Positions 16,888 through 24,078 of a stretch of 24,078 nt of DNA are shown here, one piece after another. The stretch comes from Cytophagaceae bacterium (GTDB lineage: Bacteria; Bacteroidota; Bacteroidia; Cytophagales; Cytophagaceae). How positions within the stretch are numbered: the first letter of the stretch is position 1; each line of letters starts with the position of its first letter. A program made the translations under genes and the position numbers. The stretch spans positions 1-24,078 of the forward strand of contig DATHPH010000166.1 in assembly GCA_035484095.1 (NCBI GenBank), in the 5' to 3' direction. The notes under the pieces are model-generated. The model did no database searches. It worked only from the letters and a program-made list of their open reading frames with translations, and was not told where the DNA came from.

Positions 16888-17046
16888 TCATTTGAGCTAT
16901 TTGCTCATTCTCCCTTTATTTATCCTACTATAATATTAGTCAAATTCCCATACTTTATTTAATTTCAAAGGTCTTTTGATAGTTGAAATTCCTAAAGTTT
17001 AGAATTTGTATCGGAATTAAACTATCAGAATTTAGAACAAACATTT

Positions 17047-18111
17047 ATGGCTGATTTAAAACTATTACAACAAGACGCATTAGAACTGCTGAGAAACTTG
17101 ATTCGTACTGAATCACTAAGCAAACAAGAAGATAAAACGGCAGAAATTTTAAATAATTTTTTCATACAACATGGTATGGAAACCAAACGTTTGAAAAATA
17201 ATGTATGGTCGTTCAATAAATATTACGATCCAGCCAAACCTACGATTTTATTAAACTCTCACCACGATACGGTAAAGCCGAATCCAGGATATACCAACGA
17301 TCCGTTTGATCCATTTATAAAAGATGCCAAACTATACGGCCTAGGTTCTAACGATGCCGGAGGATGTCTGGTATCTTTAATTGCTACGTTCCGCCACTTC
17401 TATGAAAAGCAGAACATGAAATACAACATTTGTATAGCCGCTACTGCAGAAGAAGAAATTTCCGGTTTCGATGGATTGGAATTAGTATATCCTGAATTAG
17501 GAAAAATTGATTTCGCCATAGTAGGAGAACCTACTTTAATGGACATCGCAGTTGCAGAAAAAGGATTAATGGTTATTGATTGCGTTGCTAAAGGAAAAGC
17601 CGGACATGCCGCCCGTGAAGAAGGCGACAACGCTATCTACAAAGCCATAAAAGACATCGAATGGATTAAAAACCACAAATTCGAAAAAGTATCGCCCCAT
17701 CTTGGCCCAATGAAAATGTCGGTCACAATCATCAACGCCGGATATCAACACAACGTGGTTCCTGAAAGCTGCCACTTTACCATCGACGTTCGGATAACGG
17801 AAATGTATAAAAATGAAGAGGTCTTAAAAATAATTGACGACAACATTGAATCAGAAGTAAACCCACGTTCGGTAAGATTGCGTCCTTCCTTTATTGATCC
17901 GGAACATGCACTGGTAAAAGCTGCTATTAAGTTAGGTGCAAAACCTTATGGTTCTCCCACCACCTCCGATCAGGCTTTGGTACCGGTTCCATCTGTAAAA
18001 ATGGGACCTGGAAATTCTGCCCGTTCACATTCGGCGAATGAATTTATATACCTTATCGAAATCGAAGAAGGGATTGAAAAGTATATTAAGATATTGGAGG
18101 AATTAGTTTGA
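17047..18111 (+). CDS. argE: M20 family deacylase (ArgE; N-acyl-citrulline/ornithine deacylase)
   Basis: LLNSHHDTV, GLGSNDAGG, AEEE, GEPT and GPGNSARSH motifs; located in the arg cluster. Confidence 0.9.
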   Translation: MADLKLLQQDALELLRNLIRTESLSKQEDKTAEILNNFFIQHGMETKRLKNNVWSFNKYYDPAKPTILLNSHHDTVKPNPGYTNDPFDPFIKDAKLYGLGSNDAGGCLVSLIATFRHFYEKQNMKYNICIAATAEEEISGFDGLELVYPELGKIDFAIVGEPTLMDIAVAEKGLMVIDCVAKGKAGHAAREEGDNAIYKAIKDIEWIKNHKFEKVSPHLGPMKMSVTIINAGYQHNVVPESCHFTIDVRITEMYKNEEVLKIIDDNIESEVNPRSVRLRPSFIDPEHALVKAAIKLGAKPYGSPTTSDQALVPVPSVKMGPGNSARSHSANEFIYLIEIEEGIEKYIKILEELV

Positions 18112-18160
18112 GTAAGCTATTGATGCAAGATACCAGGAATTGAATTAGATAAACTTTTTT

Positions 18161-18531
18161 ATGCGTGAATTTAAAAATTATACCTATTTGAAAGTGTATC
18201 AAGTTTCCAGAGAATTGTCAATAGATATACATACGCTTCCTAAATTTGAATTATACGAAGAAGGTGGACAACTCAAACGACAAACCAAATCAATACCTTC
18301 GACTACAAAAGGCGGACAATGGAGGAGAAATTATAAAAATGATTTTATACGCTATACTCTATTTGTTCTTAAAGTAGATGATATGCTATTAATTCACTTG
18401 AAATTCTTATCCTTTACCAATTCGACAACAAATTCAGAATTGTTCAACACGTTATCCAATAAATATAAAACATCATGGAAATGTTAAATGGGTTTCTTGA
18501 TGTCGTTATTCGAAAAACATTTAAGCGATAA
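18161..18531 (+). pseudogene. Degraded four-helix-bundle protein (23S rRNA IVS protein family)
   Basis: LKVYQVSRELSIDIH-TLPKFELYEEGGQLKRQTKSIPS...RRNYKNDFIRY resembles the family. The C-terminal MLNGFL segment (18481-18531) is in the -1 frame, and the usual N(I/L)AEG motif has eroded to TTKGG. Confidence 0.75.
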
Positions 18532-18543
18532 ATAGTATGAATA

Positions 18544-18582
18544 CTGGACACAAGATTCCGGCTATTAGAATCTTGTGTCCAG
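18544..18582. repeat. Perfect 15-bp inverted repeat with a 9-nt loop
   Basis: CTGGACACAAGATTC-cggctatta-GAATCTTGTGTCCAG. Confidence 0.95.
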
Positions 18583-18617
18583 CATTTGAAATCTTATAAC
18601 CTAACTACTACATTAAA

Positions 18618-19949
18618 ATGAAACTCTGGCAAAAAGACAAAGACGTAAACAAAGAAATAGAACGCTTTACCGTAGGGCGTGATCGGGAGATGGATATGTA
18701 TTTGGCAGAATTTGATGTATTGGGTTCTTTGGCGCATACGCAGATGTTGGAAAGCATTGGTTTAATTCCGAAAGAAGAATTACCAATTCTGCAGAAAGAA
18801 TTGAAAAATATTTACGCTGAAATTAAAGCCGGTAATTTTTCAATTGAAGACGGAGTAGAAGATATACACTCGCAAGTAGAACTTATCCTAACTAGACGAC
18901 TGGGAGATATAGGAAAAAAAATTCACAGCGGACGTTCACGAAACGATCAGGTTTTATTGGATTTAAAACTTTATACCAGAAGTGCGATCGAACACACTGT
19001 ACTAAATGCAAAAGAATTGTTCGACTTACTTATTCAACTTTCAGAACAATATAAAAATCATTTACTTCCGGGATATACGCATTTGCAGATTGCAATGCCT
19101 TCTTCTTTTGGTTTATGGTTTGGTGCTTACGCAGAAAGCTTGACCGATGACATGGAAATGATGTTGGCCGCTTATAAAATATCCAATAAAAATCCATTAG
19201 GTTCTGCTGCCGGGTATGGCTCCTCGTTCCCGTTGAATCGTCAGATGACCACAGAATTGTTGGGCTTTGATAGAATGAACTATAACGTGGTGTATGCTCA
19301 AATGGGTCGCGGGAAAACGGAAAAAAACGTGGCAGCCGCATTGTCTTCGTTGGCCGGCACCCTGGCCAAAATGTCGATGGACATTTGCTTATACATCAAT
19401 CAGAATTTTGGATTTATTTCATTTCCAGATGAGTTAACCACAGGTTCTTCGATTATGCCACACAAAAAAAATCCCGATGTATTCGAACTGACTCGTGCGA
19501 AATGTAATAAAATTCAATCGTTGACAAATGAAATTACCTTGATGACGACCAATCTTCCTTCCGGATATCACCGTGATCTCCAGATTATCAAAGAAAGTTT
19601 TATTTCCGCGTTCAATGAGATGAACGATTGCCTCAGCATTGCCCTTTATGCCTTAAAAAATATCCGTATCAAGGAAGATATTTTGAAAGACCCTAAATAT
19701 CTGTATTTGTATAGCGTTGAAGTAGTCAATACGATGGTACTGGAAGGTATTCCCTTTCGTGACGCCTATAAAAAAGTAGGTGCGTTAATTGAAGAAAACA
19801 AATTCACTGCTCCCGCCAATATCCATCATACACACGAAGGAAGCATCGGAAACCTTATGAACAAAGAAATACAGCAAGCCATGAACAAAATCATCAATCA
19901 GTTTTATTTTGAAAGGGTTCATTTGGCTTTTGAAAAGTTGGTAAAATAA
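18618..19949 (+). CDS. argH: Argininosuccinate lyase
   Basis: HSGRSRNDQV, PGYTHLQ, GSSIMPHKKNPD and GYHRDLQ motifs. Confidence 0.97.
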   Translation: MKLWQKDKDVNKEIERFTVGRDREMDMYLAEFDVLGSLAHTQMLESIGLIPKEELPILQKELKNIYAEIKAGNFSIEDGVEDIHSQVELILTRRLGDIGKKIHSGRSRNDQVLLDLKLYTRSAIEHTVLNAKELFDLLIQLSEQYKNHLLPGYTHLQIAMPSSFGLWFGAYAESLTDDMEMMLAAYKISNKNPLGSAAGYGSSFPLNRQMTTELLGFDRMNYNVVYAQMGRGKTEKNVAAALSSLAGTLAKMSMDICLYINQNFGFISFPDELTTGSSIMPHKKNPDVFELTRAKCNKIQSLTNEITLMTTNLPSGYHRDLQIIKESFISAFNEMNDCLSIALYALKNIRIKEDILKDPKYLYLYSVEVVNTMVLEGIPFRDAYKKVGALIEENKFTAPANIHHTHEGSIGNLMNKEIQQAMNKIINQFYFERVHLAFEKLVK

Positions 19950-20036
19950 TTTATTACTCGTAGCCTCTTCCATGACCTCTTTTGTTATAGAAGTAGGTTT
20001 TATGTAAATTGTAATTGTTTAATGATTACAATAAAA

Positions 20037-21890
20037 ATGAACAATTTTATAGCAATTACTTTCGCCTTATTCTTTCCGCTATTCATATTGGCACAAGATG
20101 AAAAGGCAATTAAAAAAGGAGATTCTTATTTCAACAGCGGAAATTTTTTTTCTGCAGCAGAATCATACGAAGATGCCATCCGACTAAAAAAAGACAATCC
20201 TTATTCTCATTTCAGGCTGGCAAATTGCTACATCGCCATTTCCAAACCTTCTAAAGCATTGGAATATGCCAACAATGCGGTAAAATTAAGTCCAAAGCCG
20301 ACCAGCGAAATGTTTTATACGCTAGGGTATGCACTTCAACTGGACCTTCAGTTTGACAAAGCCATTGAATATTATCGAAAATCAGATGTGGGAGGAACCA
20401 ATCGAAAAATGACTTCCAAACTTATAAAAGAATGTGAATTTGGAAAACAATACAAAGCGAATCCAGTTGATGCAAAAATTACCAATGCAGGACCCATTGT
20501 TAATACCGAACACAACGAATATCTCCCTTACATCACCGCAGATCGTTCCAAATTGTTTTTTACTTCTCGCAGACCAGGGTCTACAGGAGGTAAAAAAATG
20601 GAAGATGGTTTATTACCTGAAGACATCTACTTTTGCTATAACAAAGGAGGAGCGTGGGATACCCCTCAAAATATTTCTTCTCTGAATACAGACGGACATG
20701 ACGCCTGTGTAGGTATTTCGGAAGATGGACAAACTATGTTTGTATATAAAGGAACCAACGGTGGTGATTTATACATGAGTGAATTGAAAGGGAAAAACTG
20801 GGCGAAACCTGAACCACTTTCTTTTAATACAATTGGTTTTGAAAGCACCGCCTCTCTCTCTCCTGACGGGAAAACACTTTACTTCGTATATGCTTCGTCG
20901 GCCGAGGGCAACAGAGATATTTATACATGCAGCAGAACCCTTGGCGGGAATTGGTCCAAACCAAGAAGGCTGGAAATTAACACAGAATTTGACGAAGATT
21001 CCCCTTTCATCCATCCTGATGGGAAAACACTCTATTTCAGTTCGAAAGGACATAGTACCATGGGAGGATACGATATTTTTAAATGTACGAAAACCTCAGG
21101 TGGCTGGAGCACTCCGGAAAATCTTGGTTATCCCATCAATACTCCCGGAGATGAAATTTATTTTGTTTTATCCGCCGACGGTAAAGTGGGATTTTATTCC
21201 TCCGATAAAGAAGGAGGCCTTGGGAAACAAGATATTTATTCCATACGCATGCCAGTTCCGGAAAGAGAACCGGAACTTGAACTCTTAACGGGTACAGTAA
21301 AAGAAGCTACCACAGGGAAAGCTATGGAAGCTGAAATCACTGTAACAGATAATAACTCGAAAGAAGTCATCAGCAAAATAAAGTCAAATGCGGAGGACGG
21401 CAAATACCTGGTAGCATTGCCTTGTGGCAAAAATTATGGTATTGCCATTGAAAAGAAAGGGCATCTGTTTCACTCTGAAAACGTAAACCTTCCTTGTACA
21501 CAAGGGTTTAAAGAAATTAAAAAAGAAATTAAATTAGTGGATGCAAAACCGGGGGCCAAAGTGGTACTACGTAACATTTTTTTTGACACAGGGAAATCAG
21601 ACATTCGCCCGGAATCTGCTTCCGAACTTCAAAGATTGGTAAAATTACTCAATGAAAATCCATCCTTAAAAATAGAAATTTCAGGGCATACGGATAACAT
21701 TGGAGATCCTAAAATAAACCAGGCACTTTCAGAAAATCGCGCCATCAGTGTTATGAATTTCCTCATTGCAAACGGAATAGCCAAATCAAGACTCCTTTCA
21801 AAAGGGTACGGGAGTACACAACCTATTGATAATAACGACACAGAAACAGGAAGACAAAACAACCGAAGAACTGAGTTCAAAATTTTATAA
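20037..21890 (+). CDS. OmpA-family peptidoglycan-binding protein with TPR, PD40 propeller and carboxypeptidase-regulatory-like domains (PorE-like architecture)
   Basis: Signal peptide ending ILA-Q; TPRs; PD40 repeats (PYITADRSKLFFTS, ASLSPDGKTLYF, PFIHPDGKTLYFSS); OmpA C-terminus with EISGHTD and NRRTEF. Alternative start at 20022. Confidence 0.9.
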   Translation: MNNFIAITFALFFPLFILAQDEKAIKKGDSYFNSGNFFSAAESYEDAIRLKKDNPYSHFRLANCYIAISKPSKALEYANNAVKLSPKPTSEMFYTLGYALQLDLQFDKAIEYYRKSDVGGTNRKMTSKLIKECEFGKQYKANPVDAKITNAGPIVNTEHNEYLPYITADRSKLFFTSRRPGSTGGKKMEDGLLPEDIYFCYNKGGAWDTPQNISSLNTDGHDACVGISEDGQTMFVYKGTNGGDLYMSELKGKNWAKPEPLSFNTIGFESTASLSPDGKTLYFVYASSAEGNRDIYTCSRTLGGNWSKPRRLEINTEFDEDSPFIHPDGKTLYFSSKGHSTMGGYDIFKCTKTSGGWSTPENLGYPINTPGDEIYFVLSADGKVGFYSSDKEGGLGKQDIYSIRMPVPEREPELELLTGTVKEATTGKAMEAEITVTDNNSKEVISKIKSNAEDGKYLVALPCGKNYGIAIEKKGHLFHSENVNLPCTQGFKEIKKEIKLVDAKPGAKVVLRNIFFDTGKSDIRPESASELQRLVKLLNENPSLKIEISGHTDNIGDPKINQALSENRAISVMNFLIANGIAKSRLLSKGYGSTQPIDNNDTETGRQNNRRTEFKIL

Positions 21891-21895
21891 TTTCT

Positions 21896-22636
21896 ATGAC
21901 AAAAAAAATAACTTTTATCCACCCTCTTTTTATTGCATTGTTCGCATGCCAGTTCCTATCAGGCTGCAACAACAAAAATTCCAATTACACTTTATATGAG
22001 AGGGAACTAAAGTTGATAGATTCCGTTCAAAAAGCTTACAACTTGTCCATCAAAGACTCTTCTACTTCAGATTTTTTTATGAAAGAAGTTCGATACCGGA
22101 AATTTGGGGTAAGCATCTACCGACTTGAAGATAAAAATAATAACTATTATTTATTTGGGATTTTAAAAAACGATACCTCGGTGCGAATTTTCCCATTGAT
22201 CGATAATAGATTATTGGAACAAGAAAAACTTGCAGCTTCTGACACAAATCAATTGGATTATTTTCTGAAGGAAGTGTTGCGCATGAATGGAGATACAACC
22301 TCCAATTGGTTCGAACGACATGAATTTATTTCAGGTAAAATTCTCATCCCCATACTTGATCTCCATGAGATTCACTTAGACATGGCAGAAAAAACATTGG
22401 AAAGGTTAAAAAAGGACACCAGCCAATTACTTATAAAAGATAAGGATTGCAGACAAGTCTATATAAAAACGTATGAATTCATAATAGCCCAGCAAAAAAA
22501 CAATGCACCGAAATTTTACTATAAACATCCAAAATATGATAACGGCTTAATTTACGAAATTGATTTTGCCAATAATAACGGTGATTTTAAGGTACGATAC
22601 CTAAACGAAAAATGCTTTTCCAATTTTCTATATTAA
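21896..22636 (+). CDS. Hypothetical lipoprotein
   Basis: MTKK plus a hydrophobic stretch and lipobox LSG-C24; no recognisable domain; starts 5 nt after the OmpA stop. Confidence 0.65.
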   Translation: MTKKITFIHPLFIALFACQFLSGCNNKNSNYTLYERELKLIDSVQKAYNLSIKDSSTSDFFMKEVRYRKFGVSIYRLEDKNNNYYLFGILKNDTSVRIFPLIDNRLLEQEKLAASDTNQLDYFLKEVLRMNGDTTSNWFERHEFISGKILIPILDLHEIHLDMAEKTLERLKKDTSQLLIKDKDCRQVYIKTYEFIIAQQKNNAPKFYYKHPKYDNGLIYEIDFANNNGDFKVRYLNEKCFSNFLY

Positions 22637-22872
22637 AGAAAACTGATCTGAAACATAAATCACCTATTTGAGAGAAGTATATTCCAATTGCTTAGTATTG
22701 AAAAGGTAGATGTATCGGAGGTTAAAATAAACAAATAGGCTCGCCTGCATAAGAATCTTATTATTTTAATATTGTTTGTAATAACTTACATCACACATGA
22801 AAATGATTCTTCTATTTCTTGTAAAATCATCATTTTTTAATGATTTTTGCTAACTTTTGAATAAAAAGAGAG

Positions 22873-24078
22873 ATGTTGAAGAAGGCGGATATAAATAATA
22901 TTCTTGAAGATTTAAATAAACAAAGATACGGTAAGACGATTATCATTCTATGGATCGTATTTTCGTTTGTACTTTATAATCTTTTTGTATTAACACTTCT
23001 TATTCGTTTTAACCTTACCATTTTATTTGGCGGGTTTCCAAACTATGAAAATCTTGAAAACCCAACAAGTGACCAAGCCTCGGAAATATATTCCTCCGAT
23101 GGAGTACTCCTTGGAAAATACTTTCGAGAAAACAGAAGCCCCGTTACATACGATGAAATATCTCCAAACGTGATTCAAGCATTAATTGCTACGGAAGATA
23201 CGCGATTTCAGCAACATTCAGGAATTGATTTAAAAGGATTCTTTGCCATATTTTATTATACACTAAAAGGAGATAAACGTGGCTCTAGTACTATCACACA
23301 GCAACTTGCCAAAAATCTTTTTAAAACACGTACGGATAAAGGATTGTTTGGGTATGTTCCCGGAGTGAATGTTTTAATAGCAAAAATGAAAGAGTGGATG
23401 CTTTCCATTGAATTGGAAAAGCAATACACCAAAACAGAAATTCTCACCATGTATCTCAATACAGTAGATTTTGGGAGCAATTCCTTTGGTATTAAAACGG
23501 CGGCCAAAACTTTTTTTGATACTTCCTGTGATAGTCTTAGTGTTCCACAAGCAGCCATGCTTATAGGAGTATTGAAAGCACCAACATTGTATAGCCCTCG
23601 TTCTAATCCTGAAAATTGCTTGAACAGACGAAATACTGTTTTTGAATTAATGGTCGATGGGAAAGTTCTTTCAGAACAAAATGCAGCTAAATACAAAACT
23701 GCCCCTTTAGGTCTTCATTACAAAACAGAAGACCATAACGATGGGTACGCTACTTATTTCAGAGGAGAACTAAATAAATTTTTACTTGATTGGTGCAAAA
23801 AAAACAATAAAAATCTATATGCTGACGGATTGAAAATATACACCACCATTGATTCTCGAATGCAAAAGTATGCTGAAGAAGCGGCAGCCGAACATTTAAG
23901 TAAACTTCAGAAAAATTTCTTTGACCATTGGAAAGGAAAAAATCCATGGAGATATGAAAACAATGAAGAAATACCAAATTTTCTTGAAGATGCGATAAAG
24001 AAAACACCTACTTACAAATGGCTGGTAAATAAATTTGGCGAAGGAAATGACTCTATAAAAATATACTTAAATACTCCA
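22873..24078 (+). CDS. Class A penicillin-binding protein (PBP1A family), N-terminal part (runs off the right edge)
   Basis: Manual translation from ATG 22873: TM anchor, then GT51 motifs EDTRFQQHSGID, GSSTITQQLAKNL, KEWMLSIELE, YLNTVDFG and RRNTV, continuing to GLKIYTTID. Absent from the ORF track. Confidence 0.93.
   Translation, partial: MLKKADINNILEDLNKQRYGKTIIILWIVFSFVLYNLFVLTLLIRFNLTILFGGFPNYENLENPTSDQASEIYSSDGVLLGKYFRENRSPVTYDEISPNVIQALIATEDTRFQQHSGIDLKGFFAIFYYTLKGDKRGSSTITQQLAKNLFKTRTDKGLFGYVPGVNVLIAKMKEWMLSIELEKQYTKTEILTMYLNTVDFGSNSFGIKTAAKTFFDTSCDSLSVPQAAMLIGVLKAPTLYSPRSNPENCLNRRNTVFELMVDGKVLSEQNAAKYKTAPLGLHYKTEDHNDGYATYFRGELNKFLLDWCKKNNKNLYADGLKIYTTIDSRMQKYAEEAAAEHLSKLQKNFFDHWKGKNPWRYENNEEIPNFLEDAIKKTPTYKWLVNKFGEGNDSIKIYLNTP

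Noticed and set aside
12047-18582. Palindromes as a CRISPR array or a single REP family
   Set aside because: The three long inverted repeats share no sequence, there is no repeat-spacer periodicity, and no cas genes are present.
22663-22739. 8-bp inverted repeat CCTATTTG/CAAATAGG enclosing a short open frame
   Set aside because: Chance-level length in AT-rich DNA; no recognisable product.
23256-23696. 146-aa minus-strand ORF (and the other small ORFs nested in known genes)
   Set aside because: Antisense or off-frame to well-supported genes, here the PBP transglycosylase domain; no independent motifs.

Overview
AT-rich chromosomal window from a Bacteroidota bacterium, probably Cytophagales. 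This is inferred from TAnnTTTG-type promoters, starts without Shine-Dalgarno sites that usually have A at -3, and the gene content. Left part: a minus-strand run of WD40 protein, DivIVA-domain protein, folB, tRNA-Leu(GAG) and ftsK (partial, missing from the ORF track). Then an exported redoxin, a DgkA-family kinase, the minus-strand GT2/ECF sigma/rsmG unit, and tgt plus an LptF/G permease. Centre: a complete Bacteroidota-type arginine cluster (GNAT acyltransferase, argG, argC, argD, argF', argB, argE, argH) with no argR in the window. Right part: a TPR/PD40/OmpA protein, an unknown lipoprotein and a partial class A PBP (also missing from the ORF track). The most interesting signals are in the arg spacers. 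(1) Two candidate leader peptides sit right behind promoter motifs, each with an AGG or CGG Arg codon at or next to its stop; the first overlaps mutually exclusive hairpins, suggesting ArgR-independent attenuation. (2) Decayed, repeat-bounded mini-cassettes (a GxxExxY nuclease relic and a four-helix-bundle/IVS-protein relic) occur with long perfect palindromes. Protein-level points: ArgF' has Val90, predicting a succinyl pathway, and Tgt lacks all four canonical Zn ligands. No databases were searched; family assignments and reference motifs are from recognition and memory.
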